Below, one piece after another: positions 8,473 through 20,500 of a DNA stretch of 64,000 nucleotides (positions within the stretch are counted from its first letter, which is position 1; every line of letters begins with the position of its first letter). The stretch is from contig CANQST010000003.1 in NCBI GenBank assembly GCA_947626595.1, forward strand, positions 8,396-72,395, in the 5' to 3' direction. Both the position numbers and the translations under genes were made by a program. A model generated the notes under the pieces. It was not told where the DNA came from, did no database searches, and was given only the letters and a program-made list of their open reading frames with translations. Origin of the DNA: an uncultured Bacilli bacterium. GTDB lineage: Bacteria > Bacillota_I > Bacilli_A > RF39 > UBA660.

Positions 8473-9513
8473 GTGATTAAATTGTATGAATATTTAAATA
8501 ATGTGGCAAAAGAATACCTTACTAAAGAATTGAGAAGAAACTTTTTTAAAAAGTTCGATTTAAAGGATCTATTTAGAAGATGTGAAAAAGAAATGGATAT
8601 TCTTTATGAGAGAGATTTACTTTTTATTGTTGAACACCTATATAAATTTAAAAAAGAAAATAAAAATGTCAAGTATCATTTTAGAGGTACTATAAATAAT
8701 CTACTGCTCTTATATGTGTTAGATATAAGTTATGTTAATCCTTTAGAATATAACTTACCTTATGAGTTATTTAATGATAAAGCTATTAATGTTGATATAA
8801 TTAATGAACCTAGTATTCTTTTTATCAATTATTTAAATAAACAAGCAGACAATTTTAAAGTAGTTCATGGTAATTTTATAAAAGAAGATATAAGAGAAGT
8901 AAATAAATTTTTAGAAAACCATTATTTATTATTACCTTGTGGTTATTTAGATAATAGTATGTTATTAAAGTTTGATGATTTAGATACATTAGAAACTATT
9001 GATGATTATAGAAACTATAAAGATAAATATATGACAATAAAAATAGATGAAAAAGATATAATAAGATGTGATAATGTATGTCTTGATAATGTATTTACTA
9101 ATGATTTTGAAAGAGAAATGTCTAAAATTTTAAAACCTAAAACCATAAATGATTATATAAAAATAAAAAGTATGGCTCATGGTACTGATGTATGGAAAAA
9201 TAACCAAGATAAGTTGTTTAAAGAAAAAAAGATAAATTTAGATAATCTAATTGCAACACGTGAAGATATATTAGAATACCTATTAAATCATAAAATTGAA
9301 AAGAATATAGCATTAGAAATCACAATGTTTATTAGTTTAGGAAAAATGAAAAAAGAACCTAATAAATGGAATGAGTATGTTGAAGTGATGAAAATATATA
9401 ATTGTGAAGATTTGTTTATAGAAATATTTTCAAAAATATTATTTATTTCCAGTAAAGGTCAAGCAGTAAGTGAATGTTTATATGTTTTAGATAATGATAA
9501 TTATTATATATAA
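8473..9513 (+). CDS. miniature DnaE-like protein, copy 2
   Basis: 346 aa. About 90% identical to 1678-2721 over most of its length and divergent at the C-terminus. Same RGTINNLLLLYVLDISYVNPLEYNLPYELF block. Confidence 0.55.
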   Translation: MIKLYEYLNNVAKEYLTKELRRNFFKKFDLKDLFRRCEKEMDILYERDLLFIVEHLYKFKKENKNVKYHFRGTINNLLLLYVLDISYVNPLEYNLPYELFNDKAINVDIINEPSILFINYLNKQADNFKVVHGNFIKEDIREVNKFLENHYLLLPCGYLDNSMLLKFDDLDTLETIDDYRNYKDKYMTIKIDEKDIIRCDNVCLDNVFTNDFEREMSKILKPKTINDYIKIKSMAHGTDVWKNNQDKLFKEKKINLDNLIATREDILEYLLNHKIEKNIALEITMFISLGKMKKEPNKWNEYVEVMKIYNCEDLFIEIFSKILFISSKGQAVSECLYVLDNDNYYI

Positions 9514-9723
9514 ATATTAGAAAGGCTAAGAATAAAGTTTAAAAAATGAAAAAGATGGTTTTTAAAATACGTTAAAATAGAGCGTACTGATATGAAATTC
9601 GGAAAACGTACTTGATAAAAATGCATTTTTATGTTACTATGAATTTGTCAAGGAAACTTGCATAAAATAAAAAAGGGAAATACTTAACTTTTGCACGCTG
9701 AGTACTTACCCCTATATAGGTTT

Positions 9724-9759
9724 GTACTTAATCTATTGTAGATTAAGTACTATTTTTTA
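9724..9759 (+). terminator. rho-independent terminator
   Basis: Perfect 10-bp stem gtacttaatc/gattaagtac with a 7-nt loop, followed by tattttttat. Confidence 0.55.
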
Positions 9760-9783
9760 TATTAAAATTTTTCTTTAGAATTA

Positions 9784-9792
9784 TGGTATAAT
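9784..9792 (+). promoter_or_regulatory. extended -10 promoter element (TGgTATAAT) for the GNAT gene
   Basis: tggtataat lies about 25 nt upstream of the ATG at 9817. Confidence 0.4.
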
Positions 9793-9816
9793 TTCTAGTA
9801 GAAAGCAGGGGGAAAA

Positions 9817-10374
9817 ATGTTAAAACTAATTCATGCTAATGATATGAACTTTAATAGTGTAAAAAATTATTATGACAGCTTTACCGATAAATGGAAAGAT
9901 TTAAACTGTTATGCCATTTCTCATGCCCAGTATGGACCTAATGAGTATTTTGATTTCGTTAATACTTATGAAAATAATTTGTTCTATTTAGTAGACGAAG
10001 ATAAAGAAGACTATATCATTGGTTTTGGCACGATTGAAGATGCCAAAATTCTTGATTATCACAAGGACTATCTAAATGCAGGAAATATTGGCTACGGAAT
10101 AAGACCTAATGAAAGAAAAAAAGGTTATGGTACCATGCTTTTAAAACTTCTTTTATTAGAATGTGAAAAAATGGGTATGTATGAAGTATGCATATCTTGC
10201 TTAGAAGAAAATATTGGTTCTAAAAAAATAATTATCAATAATAATGGCCTTTTAGAAAAAGAATTCTTTGACGACGACAGTGGCCAATATGCCCTTAAGT
10301 TTTGGATAAAGCTCCATCCTAAAATCATAAATAGAACCAAAAGATTAGTGAAAAGACTTAGAGAAGATTATTAA
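9817..10374 (+). CDS. GNAT family N-acetyltransferase
   Basis: GYGIRPNERKKGYGTMLL acetyl-CoA binding motif (Q/RxxGxG/A-like). Confidence 0.8.
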   Translation: MLKLIHANDMNFNSVKNYYDSFTDKWKDLNCYAISHAQYGPNEYFDFVNTYENNLFYLVDEDKEDYIIGFGTIEDAKILDYHKDYLNAGNIGYGIRPNERKKGYGTMLLKLLLLECEKMGMYEVCISCLEENIGSKKIIINNNGLLEKEFFDDDSGQYALKFWIKLHPKIINRTKRLVKRLREDY

Positions 10375-10391
10375 TATGGGGGGGATATAAA

Positions 10392-10955
10392 ATGAATATA
10401 ACTAAAACTAAAAATGAGTATGATACTTTTAATATAAAGTTAGAAGACGAAAACAAAGTTCTATCAATAAATCAAGTCGGACAAGACTTAAATATTGCCT
10501 GCAAATACAATGATTACCGTAAATTATCAGACATTTCATTTTCTATTTCCATAGAAAATGAAGAGTTATACTTCCCATTTAATAAACTTTATAGTAATAT
10601 AGTAGATGGTAATATTCTTGGTGAAGACATATCTTTAGATAGAGTAAAACAAACAAGTAACCTCGAAAAAAACACTAACTTATATCAAAAAATCGTCCAA
10701 AATGAAGTAATTACCATACTTTCTGATACTACTCCCATAGATTATCCTAATATTTTAAGAATTATCAAAGAGGAAGATAAAATAATTTTAAAGTTTGAAA
10801 AAGTTGAAGCTCATTTTAGAAAAATTCCTTTCTACATACCTATAGATATACGTACATCAGGCTCAAGACTTTATGACTTTTCCATTCCCTTTAAAACCCT
10901 ATTTAAAGAACTACAAAATCTTAAAGATAAAGAAAAATACTTAGTAAAGAAGTGA
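10392..10955 (+). CDS. hypothetical protein; its RBS consists of a G7 homopolymer
   Basis: 187-aa ORF. The G7 tract at 10378-10384 sits immediately upstream of the ATG. Confidence 0.5.
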   Translation: MNITKTKNEYDTFNIKLEDENKVLSINQVGQDLNIACKYNDYRKLSDISFSISIENEELYFPFNKLYSNIVDGNILGEDISLDRVKQTSNLEKNTNLYQKIVQNEVITILSDTTPIDYPNILRIIKEEDKIILKFEKVEAHFRKIPFYIPIDIRTSGSRLYDFSIPFKTLFKELQNLKDKEKYLVKK

Positions 10956-11365
10956 TATCAATGAAAAACCCTATTATAAGAATTTCCTTAATTATCCTTT
11001 GCCTTGCTCTCCTTTTAATCATATGTAACTTATCAATTAGATTTTTCAAATATATAAATATAAGAGGAACATATGAACAAATAGAAGGCAGCTTCATTGA
11101 AGAAGAATTAAAATTAAATTTCTTTAGCTGGACTATAGGCAAAAAAGAAGATTTAGAATGTGACCTATGGAACTGTACTGGCTATGAAAAAGGTAATATG
11201 TACTATATTAAAGATGGTTATTTATACCTTAGATATAATAAACATGGCGTAAGAGAAGCTGTTCAAATAAATATCAAAAAAGAAAATAAAATCACATATC
11301 TTATTATTAAAGAAAAAAATGCTGACAATAAATATACTACTAGTAAACTAAGAAAAATCGATTAA
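10952..11365 (+). CDS. hypothetical small membrane-anchored protein
   Basis: 137-aa ORF overlapping the previous stop codon. N-terminal TM helix. Confidence 0.45.
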   Translation: MISMKNPIIRISLIILCLALLLIICNLSIRFFKYINIRGTYEQIEGSFIEEELKLNFFSWTIGKKEDLECDLWNCTGYEKGNMYYIKDGYLYLRYNKHGVREAVQINIKKENKITYLIIKEKNADNKYTTSKLRKID

Positions 11366-11380
11366 TAATTAATGTAATTT

Positions 11381-11440
11381 AAACACTTTATCACAACTAT
11401 AAAAACTTGCTACAATTTTGTGAAAAAGTGTTTATTTTTA
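11381..11440 (+). terminator. long-stem terminator / palindromic operator upstream of the giant gene
   Basis: aaacactttatcacaa ... tttgtgaaaaagtgttt form 16-bp inverted arms with a 20-nt spacer, followed by a T-rich tract. An extended -10 (tggtataat) follows. Confidence 0.45.
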
Positions 11441-11512
11441 GCGACTTTTTTGGTATAATAAAGAGGCAATTTTGAAGAAGTGCTTAAATATGTTTAATAA
11501 GGGAGTTTTGTT

Positions 11513-14500
11513 ATGTTGAAATTAAGTAAAAAATATCTATTAATTCTTTTAGCTGGAGTAGTTTTCCTATTTAGTGGGAAAGTATCTGCTAAAGAAATAA
11601 TTTTACAAACCAATTCTAAAGAAGTGAACGTTGAAGATACTGTCACTTTAAATGTTTCTGTTGATAATGAAGATCAATCTTTATATGCCTTAAAAGCTAA
11701 ATTAAGTTATGATAAAGATGTTTTTGAAGTGCTAGAAGAAAAAGATTTTTCTGAAGAAATAGAAGACATTGTTTATAATGAACAAAATAATGAGTTTGTT
11801 ATTTTAAATAAAAAAGGTTCCAATGACAACTTATTTACAATTAATTTAAAAGTAAAGAAAGATGCTTTAAATGGTAAAACCACTTTAACATTAAGCAATT
11901 TAGAAGTATCAAATGGAACTGATAGCACTAAATATGATAAAAAAAGTGTTACTTTAAATGTTAAAGGTGGTAAAGATGTTACTGCTACAACTACTACCAA
12001 AAATAATAAAACTAAAAATGCTAAAAAGACTTTAAATGTTAAAAAGACACTATTAATTTCTGCTATAGCGCTCCTTATTTTAATGGCTTTAATTGCCTTT
12101 ATTAATTCTGATTACTTTGAAAAACTTAATCTAATAAAAAAAGAAAATAAAAATAAAGTATCTATTGTTATTGCGCTTATTATCATTTTAGCGGACATCA
12201 TTCTAATATCTTTATTAGGTTTTAATGCTGTTAATAAAGGTGATGTAGATAAAGATGGTAAAAAAGATTATAAAGATATACGTAAGATAAGTGAATATTT
12301 ACTTAATGTAACTAATGGTGGTAAAACATCTTCTAGTCTTAAAAATACTTTAAATTATTATAATGCTGACTACAATGGTGATGGTAAAGTTACTTTAGAC
12401 GATGTTGCCGCTCTAACTCAAGATGTAAATAATAAAACAGTTTATGAAGTAGAAGTAGCTAAAAGTTCTATAGAAAATTATTATCCTAGTAAAAACGGTA
12501 ACGTTGAAGTAAATCTATCATTTATTGTTAACCCTAGTGATAATATTTATGTTGAAAGTGTTTTTGCTAACGGCAAATACTATAAAGTAACTAAAGATAA
12601 TGATAATTATTATGCAAGTATAAAAGTTACTGATAAAGCTGGTATTAATGATATCGTTATTTCTAAAGTTAAACTAAGTAATGGTAAAGAAATAAATATT
12701 AAGCCATATACTTTAAAAGTTGATGTCTTAAAAGAAGCTCCTAGTATTAAAAACTTTGATTTTACTAATGAAGGAAAAGTATCTTTTGAACTTGTTGATA
12801 AAGATAATTCATTAGAAAAAGCTACTTTAGTAGTATTAAATAATGACGAAATAGTTACTACTAAAAAGGTAAAGAAAGATTTAAATACTTTCGAATTATC
12901 TTTAGAAAAAGGTATTAATTATACTATAAAAATACTTACTGATTATGACTTAGATAGTTCTAAAGATAATGATAAAAATGCCTTTACTGATAAATTAATT
13001 TATATGAAGCAAGTACAGCTATATGATGTTGGACTAAAACTAAATAGCGTAAGTAACAATTATCCACTTAAAGGAGAAAAAGTAACTGTTTATTTTACTG
13101 CTAGTAGTAATGTTCAAGAAGTACTTATTGATAATAAATACTATACTGTTACTAAGAATAATGATTTATATAGTTTTACTATAGATGCTCCAAATGAAGC
13201 TGGATTATCTAAATATCAAGTGACAGGTGTTATTCTAGATAGTGGTGAGTTTAGAACTAAGATGGACTTTAGTTTTGATGTCTTAAAAGATAAGCCAACT
13301 GTTAAAAATCTTATGTTTGACTACAATAGTCATACAATTACTTTCGATGTAGTTGATAAAGATAAATCTCTAAGTACTTTAAAATTACAAGTTATAAATA
13401 ATGAAACTAAAGAAGAAGCATTTACTAAAGACTTAGATACTGAAAAAAGTACTTTCTCATATAAAGCTGATTTAACTTTAGGCGCAACTTATTCCATTAA
13501 AATTACTGGAAATTATGACTTAGATAGTAAAAAAGGAAATGATAATTTCTATCAAGATTATTCTCTTTATAACCATGTTATTACTATTGATAAAGTTTCT
13601 ATTAAGAGTGTTACTGATTTAGATAATTTATTCCCTAAACAAAATGAAAATATTGAAGTAGCTCTTGATATTGATATCTATCCTACTAAAACAAAAGTTA
13701 CTAAAGTAGTTATTGATGGTAAAGAAACAGATGTTGTATATAAAGATGGTCATTATTATATAACTTTTAATGAAAAAACTTCTGGCATAAAGAAACATAC
13801 TATAAGTTCTATTATTCTTGAAAATAATACTGAAGTACCTACTAACTTTAATATTAAATTAGATGTTTTAAAGGAAAAACCAGCTGTTAAAAACTTTGCT
13901 TATTCAACTGCTAGTAAGACTATAAGTTTTACTTTAGAAGATAAAGATAAATCTATTAAGAATGCTAAGATAGTTGTTACTTCTAAAGAAAATGGTAAAA
14001 AAGTTTTAGAAGAAAAACTAGATTTAGCTAAGTCTTTATTTGAGCTTAAAATAGATTTAACTGAAAGTGCTAAATATGATGTTAATATTATAGCTAACTA
14101 TGATTTAGATAGTGATAGTACTAATAATAAAAATGAAATAGAAGAGAATTTATATACTTATCAATTAACTGTTTATGGAGTTAAATTAACTAGCGTTCAA
14201 GATACTTATTACGCTAAAAAGAATGAAGAAATAGAATTGAAGTTTAAAGCTGAAATTACTCCTGAAGATAATGGTAGTATTATAAGTGCCGTTACTATTG
14301 ATGGTAAAGTTTATGATGTAATTAGAAATATTGAAGGAACTTACAGCGTCTTTATAAAAGCAAAAGATACATCAGGAAATAAGAAATATACTATTACTAG
14401 CGCTACTGTTGGCGAAACTGAATATGCAACTAAACTAGGTTTTAATGTATATGTTTTAAAAGATAAACCTACTATAGAAGATTTATATATAGACGAAAGT

Positions 14501-17500
14501 AAAAGTGTACCAGTAATTACTTTTAACTTAAAAGATAATGACAGTGCTTTAGATAAAGGTTATGCTTATATTAAAGATGGATCAGGTAATGAAGTAGAAA
14601 AATTTACTCTTAAGAAAGGTAAGAATTCTATTGATTTAAAAGATATTGCCACTAACTTAAAAGATGGTGCGACTTACTACTTAGATGTTAAAGTTAATTA
14701 TGACTTAGACGATACTAAGAATAATAAGTATGAAACAGAAGAGTACCTTATAAATAATCATATCGTTAAAATATATAAAGTAAAATTATCTCTAGGAGAA
14801 AATAATCCTTACTACGTTAATAAAGACGAAGAAGTAAATATCAAAATAAATGCTACTGGTAAAGACTTAGATACTGTTAGAGTTAAGACATTTATTATTG
14901 ATAATAAAGAATATGAAGCTATTTATAATAATGGTAGTTACTATGTAAAAGTTAAAACTCCTACTACTTCTGGAATAAAGACATATAACATTACTAAAGT
15001 AGTTTTAACTAATGATATTGAAGTATCTTCAAGTTTAGAAATTAAACTAGATGTTCTAAAAGATACTCCTTATATAAATAAATTTAATCTTAATGAAGAA
15101 AATGGTTTAATTACCTTTGAACTTGTTGATAAAGATAAAGCTTTCCAAAATGGTGATGTATCTATTTCTAATGAAACAGGAAATTTAATTACTAAAGAAG
15201 TAAAAGAAAAGACTACAATTACCTACAAGTTCTTAGAAGATATGAATTATAATATTAAAATTACTGGTAATTATAATCTTGATAGTGATACTACTAATGA
15301 GGAAAATTTATATACTGATGTTGAAATGTTTAGTCATGACTTTCTTATTGGAGGTAATTATCAATTTACTTTAAATGATTTATCTATAACAGACTCTTTA
15401 ACTAAGAGTGAAAAACCTGTTGTATCATTCACAAGTTCTAATATGAAGAATGCTACTATTAAAGAAGTTGTTATTAATGGTAAAAAATATAATGTCTCTA
15501 AAGTAGATGGTAATTATTATGAAGTAATTCTTAATGATGCCCAAATGACATCAGGTAAACATAAAGTTGAATTAGAAAGTGTTACTCTAGATACTATGAA
15601 GACTTTTAAGAATAATTTAGACTTTTCTACTAATAGCTTAACTTATAGTGTTTTAAAAGATGCTCCAAGTATTAAGAATATTAATCTTACTAGTAATAAT
15701 ACTGATAAGACTATAACTGCTACTTTCAATCTAGAAGATAAAGATACTACTTTAACTAGATTAAAAGCCCTACTAGTTGACTCTGCTGATAAGATAATTG
15801 CTGAACAAGAATTAACTCCAGAGATGGTTTACTTATTTGATACTTCTAGTGTTACTTTATCTTACTTAGATAATGCTGATGGACATGTTGATGGTTATTA
15901 CAAAGTTAGATTTTTAGCGGACTACGATTTAGGAGAAGAAAAATATCTTTATAGTGATAAAAATGTTGGTGAAAAAGATATTTTAGTTCAAAAAGATTTA
16001 ATTTATATTAAAGATATTTATATTGCCGATAGTAGAGGTAATAAAATAGATAATTTATATCCAAGTAAAAAACAAAAGAATTATCAAGTTGTAGTAGATG
16101 TATATGTTGATAATAGTATTAATGATTATGCTAGAAGTAAATATGGTAATAGAGCTTATCAAAAAGTCTCTGTTGTAACTATTAATGGTGTTGATTATAG
16201 TGCCGATAAACTAAATGATTATAGGTCTAAAATTACTTTAGATGTCCCTGATACCTCAGGTATTCTTAACTTAACTGTTAATAGAGTTCAACTTGAATAT
16301 GCTGATTACAATGTTAGCTTTAGACAATTCTACTCTGTACCTGAAAAATCTATTAAGATAGATGTTTTAAAAGATACTCCTACTATTAAAAATTTAAGTA
16401 TTAAAGAAGACTATGCTAAAGCAAGCGCAACATTCGATTTTGATGTTGTCTTAGACGAAAAAGCTAAAGAAAAAGACGAAAGTTTCAAAAATGGTAGTAT
16501 TGCTCTAGGTGAACTTCGTCAAAATATAAATAGAGGTCATAATTCTATTACCTTTAATAATATTAAGAAAGACGAAAACTTAGATTTAGTCTTTGAAGGA
16601 AGCTATGATCTTGATACCGATACTTTAGAAACAACAGATCAAAATGAATATGAAAACAAAGAAATCTATAGAGTAAATTATGGTCTATATGATAAAGAAA
16701 CATATGAAGATATCAAAATAACAGATGGTCTATCTCTAAGTAAAAATAATAATAACTATTTTGAAAAGAATGAAGATATCAAATTAAACTTTAATGTAAC
16801 TGGCATCAAAGAAGAATTAGGCTTAGATGTTGAAAAAGTTATTATTAAAGATAAAGAATATCCTATAACTAAAAAAGATAAGTATGAAGTTACTTACGAT
16901 AGTTATAATACTTTTGGTCAAAAAGAAATTACTATTACTGGTGTTGTTCTAAGTAATGGTAAGAAAGTTGACTTAAAGAAACCTTATACTTTTAAACCAG
17001 AAATACTAAAAGATAATATCAGTTTAGATAATTATAAAGTAGAAGTTCAAAATAATAAGATTAAAATTACTTCTAACTTAAAAGATAGTGATAATTCTTT
17101 AATTAAAGCTAATATTAAAATAACTACTGAAAATGGTAAAGAACTAGTAAATAAACCATATGAAGAAGAAATTACTATTGATAAAGTTAAAGATGTTTTA
17201 AGATATTATGTTGAAGTATATGCAAGTTATGATAGAGATATTGATATTACTGAAGGAAGTTCTAACTATTATGAGACTAAATTACTAGAAGAAATAATTT
17301 CCTTTGAAGAAAATGTTATTGAACTTAAAGATATTACTGACATAAATTTATATAAAGCTGAAAAAGATAACTCTATAAATCTTTTAGATACTGTTAACGT
17401 TAATGATTTGGAGAAAAATTTAGATAACTACTTTATTGAAATTAATATGGAAAATGCTCCAAGTGTTCATGCTAATATTAAGAAAATAACTACTAAAGAT

Positions 17501-20500
17501 AATGAATTAATGTTAGTATTAGACTTTGATAATGTATCTAAAGAAAATGTTAAAGGAAAAGAGTTTAGTATCTTCTTTGGTAATATAGAAAATAATAAAG
17601 CTACTAATGAAACACATCCTGATGTTGCATTTAAGACATTATTAAAACGTCTTGAAAGTAATGAGGACATAGTCTTAAAACAAAACTATGATGCTAGTTT
17701 AATATCTGAAGACACTAAGTATTATGTTGATAATTATAGTGGAAAACTAGATGGAAATGGCTTTACTATTAAAAACCTAGAAAAACCATTATTTAATAAA
17801 TTAACTAATGCTAATATTAAGAATTTAATTTTAGAAAATGTTGTTCTAGATAGTAATGGTAGAGGTGCTTTAAGTAATGATGCATCTTCCACAACTGTGG
17901 AAAATGTTATAGTAAATCGTGTTACTAAGAAAAGTGCAAGTAATGGTCAAAATGGTGGTTTAATTGGAAATGTTAATACTCGTAGTACTATCAATTCTTG
18001 TGCCGTAAAAAATATTGACTTTAATATTGGCAATGCTCAACAAAATGGTGGTTTAGTTGGATATGCTGAAAACTCTACTATCAGTAATAGTTACGCTATT
18101 GGTAAAGTAAATGGTGGCTGGAACTTTAATGCTGGTTTTGTAGGTAATACTGCTAATACAACATTTACTAATAACTATTCTAAAGTAAGCGTTACTGGTT
18201 ATACTATCTGTGACTTTGCTTGTAGTTATCTAGGTCAATCAAGTTACCACAATAATATATCTTTAGGAGGTACTAATCGAGGTTTTGTAAATAAGTATAG
18301 TTCTATTTCTAATAACTACTACTTAGTTACTGATGGAAGTATAAGTACTAATAAAGACATTACTAATATCACAGCTGAACAAGTTAATACTAATCTATTT
18401 AAACAAGCTAAGTTTGATAGTAGTATATGGCGTTTAGATAACGTTACTTATGAAAATACTCCATTATTACAAACTGAAAAAATAACTTCTATGGATGAAA
18501 GTATTAATGGTTATGATAGTACTAAGACAATTCTTTATAATAACTTAATGAAATTAATGCCATATTACAGTAATGAAAAAATAATTACTATGGCTAAAAA
18601 CATCAAAGATAATTACTTAAATACTAAAGAAATTATGCATATCTTACCAGTTGATAAAAATGGTAATATTGTAACATACTTAACAAATGATAATGTTAAG
18701 AGAATTAGTAAAATAAAAGTAGTCTATAAAACTAAAGAAAAACAAGAATTTAATGTAACATATGATAATACATATGACTTTGTCGCAACTTATCGTATAG
18801 TTGATTTAAAAATTGATTATAACTACAAAAATTACATAATTGATAGTAATTCTCAAGTTGTAAATAACTTAACTAATTACTTGAAAAAATTAAATTATAC
18901 TGATAATTTAGATATCTTAACTTCTACTGGAGATAGTAGAATATATAGAGATTTCTATAATGAGACAACTGTTAATGAATTAAAAGAGTTTGTTCTATCT
19001 TATCTATCTAATAGTAATTATAATAATATAACTAATAATGATATTATAACTACTCATATTGAAAAAGAAGTAAAAGAAGATAAGAAAATAGAAAAGATAC
19101 TATATATGTATAACTACTTTAGACGTTTCTATGACTTAGATATTGATGGTATTAAGTTATATCAATTTATGCTATTTAATATGGATGGTTTTGATAGTAG
19201 TTTAACTCCAAAAAAGATTGCTAACTTATTCTTAAGTGATGGAACTAACTTCAATACTAATGAAACAAATACTAGATATCAAAAAATCTTTAGCAACTAT
19301 ACTAATCTAAATACTATATCTAAATTCTTAGAGTATATGGTTACTGAATTTAGTGATTTAGATATGGATAAATGGACTGCTTCACAATTTAAAGGATATC
19401 TAGCTGAAGTACCAGTAGATGGACATCCTGAAGTATTATATACTTTATGGGATCACTTTAGTAATGAAGATGCTACATACCATAACCCTTATCAAATATA
19501 TAACTATGTATTACCAATCTTAACTTTACCAAAAGATGCTGCCTACATTATATCTAGTCCTGTTCAATTTATAATAGGTGCCCAAAGGACTTATATAGTT
19601 GATCCAAGCAATGAAGAGGAACAAGCATTATTAAGAAGAAAAGTTAAGAGTTATACTGATAGAATGAGTAATTATTACAATACAGCTTATGGTTTCTTAC
19701 AAGATGCTAAAGTATTTAATGATATTCATACTTACCAATTAGATAAGCGTTATACTAAAGGCGCTAATGGAGAAACTATTTTCCATAACCCATATGTAAC
19801 AGAAGAACCATTCCACAAGAACTTAAATGAAGTAATGAACCAATGGGCATACAATGATTATAATGCCGCAACCGCTAATGGAACTCAGATAATTTGGCGT
19901 GTTGAAGGATTAATGGATGGTAACTTAATCCCTGAACTTGGTAATGTTCAAGAATATACATATCAGACTTGGTCACATGAGTCAGCACATAACGTTGATG
20001 CTAGATTATTCTTACGTAATAATGGTAGAAGATATGATGCTGGTGGAGAAGATTATGCTGATGGTAACTTAACTCAAAGTTTTGGTCAAAATGACATTGT
20101 TATGAACTTATCAGTTAATTATGATGCCGGTAGTAGAGTTGGTGCTAACCTTACATATGATAGAATTGCTTCACCTAGCAAAATTCATGATTTCTATCAA
20201 AAAGTTTTTGATACTATATATATAATGGATTATATAGAAGGAAAAGCTTTCTTAGAATTAAATGATAAAGAAAAATCAGGTGTAGCTGTTCAAGTTATGT
20301 ATCCAAATGAGAATTTAGAAGGAGAAGACAAAACCCATCTTAAATACAAATACACAGTATATCAGCATATAGACGAAGATAAGTATAAAGCTATGAAACT
20401 AAATTCTATTGAGGATCTATACAAAGAAAAATTAGTAATATTCCCTAATGTTTATTACTCAACCTATACTGATAATAGATACGGTGGCGAAGGTATAAAT

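Noticed and set aside
9560-9720. Possible regulatory repeats built on GTACTTA (five occurrences) upstream of the terminator at 9724
   Set aside because: The occurrences are in mixed orientation with irregular spacing. One pair simply forms the terminator stem. There is no convincing operator architecture.
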